Assembly: GCA_010093995.1 (NCBI GenBank)
Contig: ML992514.1
Location: forward strand, 336,084-400,083
DNA: 64,000 nucleotides
Direction of reading: 5' to 3'
Source: Elsinoe ampelina
Lineage: Eukaryota
This document shows positions 1 to 14,640 of this stretch, piece after piece; within the stretch, counting starts at the first letter, position 1, and each line of letters starts with the position of its first letter. The notes beneath the pieces are model-generated. The model saw nothing but the letters and a program-made list of their open reading frames with translations, searched no databases and was not told the origin of the DNA. Made by a program: the position numbers and the translations under genes.

Positions 1-205
1 AGCACTTAGCTTAGAAGCTTATAACTATAGTAAGGTATTATTATTAGGAAGACTACTAGGCTATCTCTAGTAGATAGAGGCTTACTAAGCCTTAGGATTA
101 GCTATGGTACCTACTATAGTACCTGCTATAGCTTTAACTATAGTACCTACTATAGTATCTACTATAGTGTCCACTATAGTATCTACTATAGTATCTACTA
201 TAATA
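1..205 (-). repeat. 3' LTR of Gypsy-1 (partial); contains tandem ~12-bp ACTATAGTATCT-like units
   Basis: Direct repeat of 12861-13065 (offset 12860), ending TAATA (=TAACA). Adjacent 206-217 reads GGCCGAGGGACC on minus (PPT position). Confidence 0.9.
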
Positions 206-789
206 GGTCCCTCGGCCTAAATAAATAAAAGGCCTACCCCTAGGCCTTATTACTATTATTAATTACACACTATTATTACCTAAAGTACTACTATTAGGGT
301 GCTACGAACAGAAATATTACTCTAAATAGTTAAGTTATAAAGGAAAATACTTATAGTTAGAAGCTCTATTTATAGATCTAGGTAAGCTAGTCTATCTACT
401 CCCGTTTTAGTCTATAGTCTATAGCTAGTTAGGTCTAGTGTCGGGGGACACTATTCTATAGTCTAGAAGAGACCTAAAGACTCCTCTAGTAGCTAAGCCT
501 AAAGCTCTATTATTCTATAAAACTCTATTCTATCTAGTGTATAAGGCCGAGGCTACGTAAGTATTATATAAGCTAAACTCTATACTTTAAACTATGCTAT
601 ACTATTATTCTATACTATACCTTACTATTCCGTGCTATACTCTTAATATACTATTCTATTATACTATATTCGAAGGGGAGAGAAGAGTATTATAGTTAAG
701 TATTAAGTCGGAAGTAGTTAGGGGTAGTTATTATAGTTTAGTAACACGTCGAGGTAAGTCTTATTAACGTAGTTAAACGCGTGTTAAAG

Positions 790-3700
790 GACTTAGAAGA
801 GTAAGCTATAGTAGTTAGTAGGTATATAGGTGTTATACCTCTATCTCTTATAAGAACTAAAGCTACTACTATACTTAGCTAGGCTACTCTCTAGTATCTC
901 CTTATCCTATATAGACTTAAGCTTAAACTTTAAGTAGTACTTCTTAAAGCTCTACGCTACTATCTTAGCTACTAGACTAGCTATCTTAATTTTCTTATAT
1001 CTAATATAGTTCTTGTACTTAAGGAGATTATAGGTAGACATTATATTAATCCTAGCTACTCTTTCTTTATTGCTCTTACTAATAGTGCCTAGTATAATAA
1101 ATCTCTTAGAGGTAAAGGTACTTCTTTAGATAGACTAATAGGGAGTCTCCGGGAGCTATATACACTTACGTAGAGGTAGCTAGATACTTAACTTAGACTA
1201 AGTAGCTACGCCTCTTTATTAGAAGGCCTTTTATATAAAGGCTTCTTCGATGTACTAGATTATAGTATATATTTTCTTCTCGACCTTTAGGTCGGCTAGG
1301 TTGCTCTTAAGAAGCTTAGTATAGGTTACTAGAAAGCTCTTAAAGTCGGCTAGGTCTATATCGAACTTGTCGGCGGTATTAGTTAGAAGTTTAATAAGAG
1401 AGTTACTTATTAAGCTAGTATTAAAGTTCTTACCCTTAGCTACGTAGGCTTTTATTGTAATAAAAGTGCTATTAATAAAGTTAATAAAGCTTAGAAGCTA
1501 TAGGTCGAGTAGTACTATTAGGTTGTTATTGTTATTAGAGATAGTTCCTCTAAACTTAACTCTAGTTATATCTATCTTAGAGTTAGATTCTACGCCTAAG
1601 ACTAACGCCTTACTATAGCTCTTCTCTAGTACTACCTCTTTATAACAAGGCGGCCTACGCTAGTTATTTACTAAGTAGAGGTAGGTAAAACCAGCTATAG
1701 GCTTATCCTTAGGTTCTATAGAGAATAGAGTATAGTTGTTAGGCAAAGGGTCCCTAGAGATAGAGGCGCTAGTATAGATCGAGTTACTAGTATACTTCTA
1801 CTTATAACAATTATTATTAAATATGTTAGCCTAGGTGCCGTCCTTATTTAAGGACTTCGGATCGTTAAAATCGTATATAGCCTCTCTAGAGCTTATAAAA
1901 CTCTTAATTTTGTCGTAAATGTATTTAGTAACTAGGTTAACCTAGAGCCTAGTATAGTCTACGATCTATTATAGGAGCTTAACGTATAGCTTATCGATAG
2001 ACCTATAGTTAATAATAGTAGGGATATAGATCTTCTTTAGGTCGATATAGCCTTTATATAGCTCGAAAAGGTCTAATTAATTATTGTAGAAGAGTAGGTA
2101 CTAGTTAGACTTAATTATGTCTCTCCTATTAACTTATAAAATATTATAGTCCCGGACCTATATTCCGCCTAGTATATAGACGCTATAGAGGACCGAAACT
2201 CTCTAAGTATTATCCCTTAGAGAGATATAGAAGTAGAGTAGGTTTATGTTTTTATAGGATAATCTAAGTACTTTATTCTCGAAGATGTCTAGGTAGACCT
2301 TACTATACTAAGTTTCTAAGATTATCTTCTTATATATAAGCTTAATAATTTAGCTAAGGATAAAGTTACTTATGTTATAGATACTAGTAGGGGGCATAGT
2401 ATTAGGCGTAACTAAGCTTTAGAAGGCGTCGTAAATGTATTTAATATAGATAATTTAGGTACTACTATCGATATAAACTATTTCCTCGTGCCCTTCTATT
2501 AGGGCTAGACTAATGTCTAGAGTTTATCTACGTGTAATAGCTATGCTAGTTGCTATAGCTTCGACTATAGTAGTTGTAAAAAGAGTTAGAAAGTTAAATT
2601 CGTAGGGCTAGTAATTAAGCTTAGTTCTTAGGTGTTAGTTAATATTTTTAGTAGATAAGGTAGGTTAGACTATAATTGCCTAGGCAATTCTAGTGTTAAT
2701 GTTAATTCTATATAGCTATATATATAGCTACGAGTTGTGTTAAGTTAATATAGTAAGGTCTTTATTGTTATATTATATAATATAGAAGATCTCTATAGTT
2801 GTTATAGTAATATCGAACTATACTACTCCCCTCTATAGAGTAGAGCCTAGCTATACAAGTATTGTATCTAATCTTATAGAGCTATTCTTAAAGTTGTCTA
2901 TTTTATAAGGGACGTACTCTATAGCTAGGAAGGAGTCGTAGACAGTGTTAGTATTATATAGTGTATCTTTATAAAGTCTAGCTTCTAGTACTACCTTAAA
3001 TACTATATGTTTATTATGTCTACTAATGTTATTATTCTTAACCTATTCTATCTATCCCTTAATTGTCCTTTCCTCTAAGGTATAGCCTTTTAGAGCTAAG
3101 AAGACTAAGTAGGTTTAATAGCCTAACTACTTATTACTAAAGTCGACTCTAAGCTCGGCTAATAGGTCTACTATATATTAGAATATTCCTTCTAAGAAGT
3201 ATATATTCTTACGAGTAACTATAAGCTTCTTCTTTCTTAACTTATCTATAAGTTCCTCTATTAATACTATTATTCTAATATTATTAATATGCCTCTACTT
3301 GCCTAGTCTAATAACTCTTACTACGTTTAGTATACTTACGTTTTAATTCTCTATTACTATTCTTCTTAGGGCTTCCTTCTTGCCTTCTACTTGCTTCTAG
3401 TTATATATCTAGTTAGTAACAAGCTTCGCTGCCGTATGCCTCTACTAATCGAGAAATTCTATAGCCTCTTTTAAGGTTAGAAATATTAGGCTAAACTTAA
3501 TAGTAAGCTAGTATATAAACGTTAATTATTTAGTATCGAGAGGGATAAGTATATTAAAAATAACTAAAGCAAGGATCTTAGGCAATTTAATGTTCTATTT
3601 ATCTAAGGCTACCTAACTAAATAAGGCCTTTATAGTACTAGTTAGCTCTAGTACCTTAAAGACTATAAGGTACTATATTAGTTCCATTTCGGAGATTAGT

Positions 3701-4836
3701 ATTAAGTTAAGGAAAAATAAGATATAGGCTAGTAGCTAGGTAATTAGATATGTTATAGACTTAATAGGCTATTATACTACGATAGTCTCTAAGGTAGAGA
3801 AAGGTGCTTCTAGCTTTATATACTATATTAGAAACTTTAGTAGTCGAATATTAGTCTCTAGAGCGTAGTAGAGAGACCTAAAGTAAGTACGTAAGTCTAT
3901 CTTAAAGAGGTATTAGTCTACTACATCTATAAAGCGTAAGTTAAAGAACTTAATATAGAGTAGAACGTTTCTACCTTTATTAGCAACTATATAGTCTACT
4001 TTACTATAATAGAGGTAGTAGCTAACTTTATAGTCTAAGTAGCTACTAGTGTAGAATAGTAAAGACATGTCTATTAGCCCTTTATAGATCTCTACTAGCT
4101 AGGTTATATAATCTACTAGCTCTTTTATATAGTTCTCTTTTAGATTAGTTATATATAAGACTCTCTATAGCTCTATAAAAGCCTTTTACCTTTCGAAAAT
4201 TGTCTACTAGTTCTCTATTATAGGCCTCGCTTTGCTTGTCTTATCTCTAAGGTACTTCTTAATATTTACTATACCTTCGAGGTTATCTATCCTACTTGCC
4301 TCTATTACTACTATTATATTAAGAACACCCTAGGCCTCTCTAGCTATAACCTAGTCCGCTATTAACACTTTACCTTTTACGCAGTATTTAAGTAATGCTA
4401 AATAGATTAGCGAAGTAGATATAGTAGGCAAGTCTAGTAGGTAAAGAAATTTCTAGGCTTTCTTCTAGGTTAGACCTACGTCTCCTAGTACTATAGTAGC
4501 TATAGTAGCGTTTTTAATTCTATCGTTTAGGACGTAGTATATAAAACCCTTAGGGGATTAGATTAATAATAGTGCTTCTTCCGCAGTTAGGGTATATATA
4601 ACTATAGCATAGAGAGTAGAGTAATATAGTATGTCGTTTTCTATAAGGGTATTATATTTATCTTTAGAGAGTTAAAGAATATTATATATGCTCTTCTTAA
4701 GCTTCTTATATTCGTAGCTAGTTAAGGAAAGGTAGTCTCTTAATTGCTTATTCTTAGAGAGGGTAGATAGCTTAGAAAGTGTTTTCTTCCCCTCGGTATA
4801 GCCTAGGGGATCTAGTAAGCGAATATCCGTCGCTAT
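790..4836 (-). pseudogene. Relic ~1350-codon extra ORF (ORF3) of unknown function between pol and 3' LTR of Gypsy-1
   Basis: One minus-strand frame from ATA(=ATG)GCGACG at 4836 to ~790 reads protein-like. Phase was constant in all lines checked, and the stops seen were TAA/TAG (RIP products of CAA/CAG/TGG). A pyrimidine-rich leader lies upstream. Confidence 0.7.
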
Positions 4837-5099
4837 AGTTAATAGAGAGCTTAGAGAAGGTAATAATTAAGTAGCGTATACTATGTAAAAAGGCGTAAGT
4901 ATAGCTAGTAGTGTTAATATTAGCATATTTACTATATTTTAGCTTTAAGGTTAGAGGGGTAGTACGCTAAGACTATATATTAAGCTAGTATCTAGAGTCC
5001 CTACTATAGTATTTACTATAGTATAAAAATTTTGCTAATAAAAGAGAAATTTAGTAAGGAGATATAATAATATAGTTACGGCAATAAAGAAAAGTAATT

Positions 5100-8000
5100 A
5101 TTAGGCCTATCTTGTCTCTCTTCTTCCTTTTAGTCTGCCTTTAATTCTTAATCTTTGTCCGGGATAATAAGTATCGTATTTCTCTATTAAACCCTTTATA
5201 TCCTTTAAATCCTCCTTGTCGTACTAAGCGTCGTATTATATGCTATAACTCTTCTATTGCACTAGATATTACGTGATAGCCTTACCTTTCTTCTATAGTA
5301 ACCTCTTATTAATAAGCATATCGATTTTATATATGTCCCTCTTATCTATAGCGTTATCTATAGTTTATACCGGTCCTAGTTCTACTACTATCCTACTAAA
5401 GGGGTCCTTATCCTATAGTACTCTCTCTAACTAGACTACCGACACTATAGAGTAAATGTTCTTTAGCTAAACTAAGTCTCCGATGTTCGCTAATTTATAA
5501 GCTAATTCTCTAATATATTTCTCTACCTTAAATAGTCTAGCTCGTCGAGGTCTAAGCTTCTCTAGCGGCACTACTAACTAGTATCTATATCTAAGACAAA
5601 GAAAAACCTTGTCGCCTAGCTTAAAGGTGATTTACTTATACTTAGCGTTATATTATACTTTTATCTAACGTTAGGTAAAGCATAGTAAGTCTTTAGTAGC
5701 TTTTCTTACTTTAGCTCGAAGCTACACCTAATCTTCCTAGTTAAGCTCCGATATAAGCTAGACTAAGTTAGTACGGAGCTAGAATCCGTAAAGGTACTTA
5801 TTAGGTAACACTCTAGTTAAGGAGTTATAGGCGTTATTATAGGAGGCTATAACATAAGGAATAATTTCCTCCTAGTTACTATTAGAGTTTTTAGCTATAA
5901 ATATTCGAAAGGTAAGCTCTATAGTCTAGTTAGTTTATTCTAACTGTCTATTAGTCTATAGATAGTAGGCTATAGATGTTAGTATTTAAGTATATAGCTT
6001 TATAAATACTATAGTCTAGAATTCCGAAAGGAATTTAGGATCTCTATCTAATATAAATCCTATAGGTATATCCTATCTAGTGTAGAAGATTATATCTAAC
6101 TAGGCCCGAGCCTAGTTACCTACTATCTAGTTCTTTCGGCCTACTACTAGAAGTATATATTTAGACGCTTTATTAGTTATAGATATTACCGAATTCTTAT
6201 TTAACCTAGTTATTAGTAGGTCCGTAACGAAGTTCGCTACTATAGTATAGAATAGAATGTTTAGAGTAACTACTAGTCGGAGCTTACTATAGGGCTTATA
6301 GTAGGCCGTCTAGTTAAGGTAGCAGATCTTATAATACTTAATGTATTTCTTAAGTTTCTTACTAAGTCTACGGATATAGACCCCTATTCTAAGCCGCTCT
6401 ATAGTTCGGTAAAATTCTAAATAGAACTTATTATTGTAGGCTATTTTAAACACTTCCTAGACTAAGGCTTAGAAAATATAAAGGCAGTCGGAGCAATTAC
6501 TATTATTATAGAAGTAAAGTAAACTATCCTTAAGGAAGAATAGAGAGTTAAGGGGCATACTATTCTCTATTTCTTCCCTAGCTATAACCTTAGCTCTAAT
6601 CTCCTCTACCTTTCTAGCCTCTTCTAGTATAGGCTTATACTCCCTATCTTTCGCTAGAGCTTTACGAAGTTTATTCTTAAAGGGGTCCCTATAACTATAC
6701 TATAGTATAGTTATACGAAAATAGATCTAGAGTGTTAGGCTTATTCTTCTCTACCTTAGTACAATTCTCTATTAGATAGCTTAAAGCATTATAAACCTTA
6801 TATATATATCTAGGACAATAACAAACATCGAGATTAAACTAGAAAAGGTACTACGAAGCTCTAACTAAGCGTAGGTTAAGTTTGTTAACGCTAGTTATAG
6901 TTATTAGGCTTAACTATTTAGATAGCGCTACTATAGTATAATAGTTAGTAAAGACAATAAGTAGAGTTACGCTTACTTTAGCTATATAATAGATCCGACG
7001 TAATAGCTAGACTACCCTAGCGACTTCTAGCTCTATAGGCTAGTAGTTCTTCTCGGCTAAGTTTAATCCCTTACTAAGGAAGGTAATAACCTCGAGGTTA
7101 GTGTTTAGGAAGTAAGTAGCTTTACTATCTTCTATAACTAGGTCAGGATTGCTCTTAACTATATAGACTACTATACTATACCTCTACTAACGGCTACTAT
7201 TAACGTCGGCGTATAGCCGACACTTAGAATTATAATAATAAAGGAAACTTAAGTCTCTAAATTGCTCGCGGAGCGCGTTATAGGCTATATAGGCCTCGGC
7301 GTAGACCTTGTCTATAAGTGTAGCTATAATTAGAGTCTTTTAGCTATAAGCCTTATAAGCTTCTCTCTTATTACTAGAGGAGGCTTTAAGCAAGGTAGTC
7401 TTTAGAGCCTAGAGAGGCTCTACAATTTAGGTATAGTATAGAATTATTATATATACGTACCTAGTTAATCCTAGATAGTACTCTAGATCCTTTAGAGTCT
7501 CTAGGAAGGTAATATCTAATAGTACTTAGACACGATCCTTGTAGGTAGCTAAACCTAAGCTAGATACCTTATAGCCTAGAATAGTTATAGAAGGGTAGCT
7601 AAGAAAGGTCTTCCTAGAGCTAAGGCTAACGTCTATATTATTAAGTAGCTTAAACAGCTACTCTAAATAATTTAGATAGTTGTCTAAGAATATAGAGTAT
7701 ATAAAAATATTATTAATATAGGCTCGGACCGAATTATAGAGGCTATAGAGTATAGTATCTAAGCGCCTTTAGACGTATTATACGCTATTATAGTAGCCTA
7801 TAGGAGTAACCTTAAGGTGCTTCTATCCGCGAGAGGTATTAATAGTAAGCTTATAGTAGTTCTCTTCTACGACGAGCTATTAGTAAAAGAAGAAAACTAT
7901 ATCTATAACACTAATATATAAAGCTTCGCTTAACTAGGAGATAATATTAAACTAAAGAGGTACGGGGTATAAGTCCTTCTCTAAGATCTTATTAAGACTA

Positions 8001-9570
8001 TAGATATCTATAACTACGCGGCCTTTTCGAATAGGTTCTCTATTACCTCTAGTAATATTCTTCTAGATAACAAAGACTAGAAAACTAAATAGAGTATACT
8101 ATATAGACTAGCCTACCTTACCCTTACTATAGAGCTTATCTATAGTTTTATTAATGATTTTCTAAGCTAGTTTAGAGGCTAGGTATACTTTAGTTAGAAG
8201 TGTCTCCTTCTTCTATTCTAGCTTTAAAGGTATCTTTATATATAGTTCTTTTAGTACCTTAACTACTATTCCCTTATCGACCTAGAGGCGTTTATACTTT
8301 GTTACTAATGCCGAGAGTTCCCTTAGGGCTCGTCCTTCGCTGTAAATAGTTACTCTATTTAATAGTCGAGACTCTAGTCCCTTATAACAGCTAGTATTAA
8401 TAGGTATAAATTGTTCTATAAACTTAAAGTCTGTCTTAGAGATCTAATATATACTGTCGAAGTCTATAGGACTAAGGGTACTAACCTATATGTCTTTAGA
8501 GACTACTATAGTAAAGTTAGTATTATTATATATATAAATAGCCTTAAAATCTTAGTCCGTTAGGACGGCGTAAACTGACGCCTTTACTATTAAGGCTATA
8601 AGGCTAAATTCTACTTCCTTTCTATAGAGAGTAAAAAGGTATATATCGCTTAGTAGGACGTAGTTAATGTAAATGCCGATTATAGCGCTAGTATAGAGTA
8701 GTAGGGTATATATTACTATAGCCCTTACTAATATACTCTTATTAATTCTTTCTCTATTATAACGCTTAATAGAGATTAGAATATAGTAGTTAGAGTAAGC
8801 CTTAAAGTATATATTCTTATTGTTAAAATTAATAACTATGCTGTAGTTGCCTATAACATTAGTTACTAGAAGTATACTAGGTTCGAGCTTATTAGCTATA
8901 TATAGTTCTACGTTAAATAGTAGCTAGATATCTTTCCTATTTCTATAGGCTAACGTATATACTATAGCTTTAGTGTACTTAAAAGTCATAGCTGTTCCCC
9001 TAATACTATTAATATAGATTAGCTACTTTAAGCTATAGTATTAAAGCTTATACTTATTCGCTAGAGCACTATTAATTTATAGAATCCCCGCTCTAGTATT
9101 AGCAACTCTAAGTTAAGGTAGCTCTAAGGTAGATAGGGCTATTACTATTTCTATAAAGCGCTATTTATAGTAGTTATATCTCTAAGTATTAGTCTTCTTA
9201 AGGGCGTAAGGCAATATAGGGATGTCTTAGAGTATAGCTACGAAGGAGGTTAGTATTGTCGCCTACGTAGCCTTCTACTTGTCCGGGAAATAGTTTAGGT
9301 GCTTATACTTAATATAGGTATAGAGCTTATTCCCTAAGCTAGCTACGAAGGTATAGGTTTTATAGGGGTAAAGCGGCTTAACGGGTATTAGCAAGGTCTT
9401 AATAGTCTTAGGTATTACGTTATAATTAACCTTTGTTACTGCTCTAACACCGAGTAGTTCCTTAAAGCTTAGTACCTCGAGCCTTAATAGCTCTCGGTCT
9501 AGAGTACTAATTCTAGCTACTACGAAGAAGCTACTTACTTTGTCTAGTTTCTACTCTTCTAGCTCTATAT
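5100..9570 (-). pseudogene. pol: Gypsy-1 pol relic (PR-RT-RNaseH-IN-chromodomain)
   Basis: RIP-altered YIDD, YHPQTDGQSE and chromodomain (QYLVxWKGY...DAWY) motifs in Gypsy order; ends approximate. Confidence 0.85.
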
Positions 9571-12500
9571 TTTCTTAGTTAGTTCCGGCTATAATCTCTA
9601 GTAGGGCCTTACTCTAGTATTCCCTAGCTATCTCGTTATAGAGGTACTAATTATTCTCTTTCTAGCCGGGACTATAGGACTTACTATAGTAGCCTTAGTA
9701 GACGCTAGAGTTGTCGTATAGGTCGAAGTAAGGGTTAAAGGAATCGTTAGGTAGAATATAAGAGTTAGGCCTACTATAGTACGCTCTAACTCTTAGTAGG
9801 TAGTTAGGGTAGCTAGCGGCTAGTAGGAAATAAGACTAAGAGCTATATAGGATATATCCTAGCCTATACTAACGACTACTATAATTAGGGCTATTATAGT
9901 TCTAGTTGCTATATAATCTGTTATTAGGATAGTAGCTATTCTAGTTCTAGCTCTAGTTCGGGTTTAAAGTGTTTTACTACCTAGGCTTTATTTCGCTTTA
10001 TAGAGGTACTAGGCTTAAGGCGCTTCTATAGTTAGCGTTATTAGAGTTCGGAGCGAACAGTTAGCGTATAGTCTCTATAGTCCTCTAGTACGTTAGACTA
10101 CTTATACTTACGTTTAGTATAAATCCGTAAGGTAGGCATAGGTATAGGTAAGGAGAGTAATAGGCTAACAGAGTTAGTGCCGGTAGAAAGTAATTCTACT
10201 ATAGGTTAGCTCTAGAAGGAGGTTCTCTAGTAGTAGGCCTTCTTTACTCCTATAGCCTATAATTGTTTATAGTACTAGATTGCTCCGAAGATTGCTATCT
10301 ACCTTTAGTGTTTAAGGTGTAGCTTAGCTTACTAAAGTTATAGTAGAGAGTGTCGACCTTAGCCTCTATATACTTAATAAATTAATTAATAGTAGTTGTG
10401 TTGTCGGGCTTATCGATATAGAGCTAGAAGCTATCCTTAAGACGGAACTAGGCTTATATTAGCTAGCTATAGGTGTCTTTAATACCTATGTCTCGATAGT
10501 AGTAGACAATAGTAAGAATGTAGTTTTATAGAGTATAATTCTCCGCTAGACTATACTTGTTAAATTTTTTATTGTTTAACAATCTCTAAGCCTTAGAGTT
10601 ACTAGTCTTAAATTGCTTAATTATAGCATTCGCTAACCTCTTAATACTATAACCTCTATAGAGATATTTATAGTTACTATTAGTAAGCTCTTCTATCTAC
10701 TATAAACTAGTATCTCTCTTAAAGTAGAGATTTAGATTGTAGTAGACATTCTAGGATAAATAGATATAAGCGAAGTTCTTTATAGAATTAAGAAATAGGT
10801 GTATATTCTTAATAGCCTAAAATTGACCTACTACTATAGTTTTCTAGTTCTTAGCGGCATTTATGTTAGGCTAAAAGTAACCGATAGTAGCTAGGCTAGC
10901 GTAGTATTTTTGCTTCTTCTATCTATACTCTATCTTATTATTATTAGTATAGAAGTCTAATACTAAATTTGTATCCTTGTATCTTAAAGGGCACTTATAT
11001 CTACGTTAATGTCTATATTAACGGCTATAGTATTTATCTTTATAGTAGTAGAAGCTATCTAATCTAGCTAAGCTAGAAGGGCTAGAGCTATTATCGCTAG
11101 ATAGGGGTAAGAGTTAGCATGTCTAGTATTACCTTAAGCGTCCTATGTCCTCTCGAGCCTAATTATAGTATTAGAACTTCTAAGGTAATAGCGGAACTTA
11201 TTACTTAGTCTAGCGCTTATAGCCGGTTATAGAGCGATTTAGTTATTCCTAGGCTCTCTAGTTCTAGGCTCTATAGTTCTAAGTACTAAGGTTTACCTAT
11301 GTAAGTTAGTACTTATAATTGTAATTAATAAACTTATTATATTTATCCTTACGGATTTTACTCTCTATAGTTCTTAAATAGTTTAGAAGTTAGTTCTACT
11401 ATACCTATAACATAGTTACTAGTAGTAGTTCGAGGTGCTTAGGAGGTATAACTATTCGGCTAGTATTATTAGAATAGACGTAGTAGTGCCTCTAATAACT
11501 AAGTCTTATATCGCTTAAAGGAGGCTAGTTATAGCCTTATTCTTAATTAAGAGTATTGTCTTTGTTGTTTAGGCTAGCCGAGAGATAGTCGATATAGATT
11601 ATATTACTTATATTAGTAAACTTAATAAGCTTCCTATTTATTATAGAGAGGTTAGGGCCTTTATAATAGCCTTTAAAGGAGCAATAGTAGACCTTTTAAT
11701 AGAAGAAGGTTTCGGGCAATCCTAAAGGATAAAAAATCTATATATCTATAGAAGAAGCTTATAATAACTTAGAACTCTATTCTCTACTAAGATTTGTAGG
11801 TACTAAAGTAGGTAACGGTACTTCTTCTAGTTCTAGTAAGCTAAAGGTCGAGGGGGAAAGAGTTAATAAGATCGATTAGATCCTTGCCTACTATAAGGAC
11901 GTTAGGAGGCTACCTACGCTTAGTAGTGTACCTAGTAAGGCTCTAGTTAGTAGTAACTTTACTAGTGTCGAAGCTCTAGTTAGTTAAGCTCTAACTAGTA
12001 GTAAATTCGCTAGCGATGTAGCTCTAGTTAGTAGTAACTTTACTTGCACCTAATTACTAGGCTCGGCGTAAGTATCTAATAATTATAGAGTAGTACTTAA
12101 CTACTAATCTACCTACTCTTACTAACCTAGAATATTATTTACTCTTATTGCCTCTTTTAACCTTAATAGGGTTTGTTTAATAGCTATGTATAGAGCCTTA
12201 GTAAACTTATAGATTGCTACTAAGAGAGAGTTCGTAGTTAAAAGCTAGTTCTTAGAATAGCTATCTAGTAGCTAGTTATATAGCGCTAGCTTCTTACCCT
12301 CGGCCTTTAATAAAGGCTAGGTTATAGAACTTGCCGCTATTTAATTAACAACTTGTATAATAGCTGAATTCTTCTTAGTAAGGTGCTACTCTAATACCTT
12401 AGAAGCGTATATACTAAGGTAGAATACTGTCTTAATAATATATAGGTTAAATTTGGCTTCTATATCTAGAGCTACTTAGACGCGTTCCGGAGTAATAAGA
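9550..12500 (-). pseudogene. gag: Gypsy-1 gag relic with long repeat-containing N-terminal region
   Basis: Fungal Gypsy gag-like motifs ~10600-10890; short internal repeats GCTCTAGTTAGTAGTAACTTTACT ~11940-12045; ends approximate. Confidence 0.55.
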
Positions 12501-12734
12501 TACTATAAAATTGTACTTGTCGTTTCTACTGTTAATACTAGCTTACTAGTAAGCCGTTCTAAAGGCTCGCGCGTGTTAGTATAGCTTAGGTGGATTCTTA
12601 GTAGACTAATATAAGTTAAGCCTAGGCTCGGTCTATACTATAGTAAGTAATTATAAGGTTATAACTAGTTGCTTAATAAGTGCTCTAGGTTACGGTGTAA
12701 TAGAGTTATCGAGTCTTAATACTTAGCTTAGCTA

Positions 12735-13065
12735 TGTTATAAGCAATTGTTAACTATAGCTAGTATACCGCCTTAGTGTTAGCTTATATAAGGAAATCGT
12801 AGAGTATTACTACCTAGAGGTATTAGAATTAAGGAATTAGAACGATACTACTACTTGTTAAGCACTTAGCTTAGAAGCTTATAACTATAGTAAGGTATTA
12901 TTATCAGGAAGACTACTAGGCTATCTCTAGTAGATAGAGGCTTACTAAGCCTTAGTATTAGCTATAGTACCTACTATAGTACCTGCTATAGCTTTAACTA
13001 TAGTACCTACTATAGTATCTACTATAGTGTCTACTATAGTGTCTACTATAGTATCTACTGTAACA
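12735..13065 (-). repeat. 5' LTR of Gypsy-1 (~331 bp)
   Basis: Begins TGTTATA and ends TGTAACA (TG...CA with short terminal inverted repeat). The right part matches 1-205; the left boundary is inferred from the terminal motif only. Confidence 0.8.
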
Positions 13066-14640
13066 CTTCTATTACTAAGGAAGTATAACATTAGAAGGAG
13101 TTAACTCTACTAGTGTTAATTAACACAGCTATTACTATTAGATTACACTTAGCATTTATCTTAGCTACTACTAACATCTTAAGCTTATAGATACTAGATT
13201 CTAGAGTAACTAATTACATCTATAATTACACTATAAAGGACAGATATAAGGTTACTAGAATTATAAAACCTTATAAGAAGCTATTCTATAGTAATACCTT
13301 ACTTAGTATTAAGAGTTAGAGAACTATTAATATTATAGCTCTTTATAAAGGAAAGTCTATAACTATCTATCTTATAAAAGTAACCTATATACTATTAATT
13401 ATAACTAATCTAGTTAGCCTTAGGAGGTTTATTAATAGTAGAGTCTACTAGAACACTTAAACTATAAAGATTAGCTATAAAGGAAAAGTGCTCTTCTTAG
13501 TTATACTAAAGTATAACTAATATATCCTTAAGAATAACTCTAAAGTTCCTAATGTTACTACTATAGCATTAAGGGATAATAATAATTGTCTACTATTAGT
13601 ATTTACTATAGTTACTAGAAGGACTAATTAATCTTAGTATAAAGTTATAGGCTATCTAAGCCTAGAGTCTATTAATTACCTTCTAACTGCTATAGTTAGT
13701 AGTAAACTAACTCTAACTAAGCCTAGTTTAGCTTAATTAATTTATCTTAGGTCTCTATATTAGACTTATAAGCTATTAAATACTTAGTAGATTATATTAA
13801 GAAGCCCTAATACTAAACTTACTATATTAAAGCTATTTAAGAGAACTACCTTTAATATTATTATTAACAGATTTACTAGCTATAATAAGGCAAGATATAT
13901 AAGCTACTTTGCTTATAGGACTACTAACTATTAACTAGTTACTACCTATACTTATAGATATAAGATTAATAAAATCTGTATTAAGATAATTACTTATATT
14001 AAAAGCAATCTTAGCTTTAAAATTAGATTTCTTAGGAGTAATAATAAGAGGGCCTTTAGCCTTAAATTTACTATCTTTCTAGACAGTAAAGGAATCTATT
14101 ATAAGCTATCTACTCCCTATACTTAAGCTTAGAATAGTTATAATAAAAGGATAGAAGCTATACTATTAAGGAGAGTAAGGGCAATTACTATCTTTGCTAA
14201 TCTACTAAGGGAATTATACTCTAAACTATATAGATTAGTAGCCTATCTAATTAATAGAACACCTCTTAAGAAGCTAGACTAGAAGACTCTTTTTAAGCTA
14301 GTTTATAGATACTCTCTATTAGTTACTTATCTTAGGCTACTTAGATATAAAGCTTATACTTTAGATAAGCTTATTATAAGTAGTAATAAGCTTACACTAA
14401 GGGCTTATATTAGCTATCTAGTTAGCTATAACTTAACTAATATCTTTAGGATCTTTATACTAGCCTCTAAGAAGGTTATTAGAACAAGAGATATTAGATT
14501 TAATAAAACTTAGTTCTATAAGCTAGAGGAATAACCTTAGCTAAACCAAAAACCAATTAGATTACTTAATCTACTAAGGCTCCTATAGGAGGTTAATAAA
14601 TCTAAAGGGGTATATAAAGTAGAGGGAATAACTAAACTAA

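Larger units (their letters stand above)
1..13065 (-). mobile_element. Ty3/Gypsy chromovirus-type LTR retrotransposon (Gypsy-1), RIP-inactivated, ~13.2 kb; 3' LTR truncated by window start
   Basis: 1-205 is a near-identical copy of 12861-13065 (LTR pair). Minus-strand relic motifs: RT AYINNIFI (=AYIDDIFI) ~7700-7723; integrase TSIAYYL*TNRQLE (=TSTAYHPQTDGQSE) ~5930-5980; chromodomain ~5180-5340; gag-like IGYF*P..LFL..L..WW.EEL ~10600-10890. Confidence 0.92.

Noticed and set aside
100..200. Short regularly repeated ACTATAGT units resembling a CRISPR-like array
   Set aside because: No unique spacers; it is a tandem repeat inside the LTR, duplicated at 12960-13060, in eukaryotic DNA.
2280..2400. 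Possible intron or frameshift in Gypsy-1 ORF3
   Set aside because: Careful re-reading shows the frame continues unchanged through this segment.
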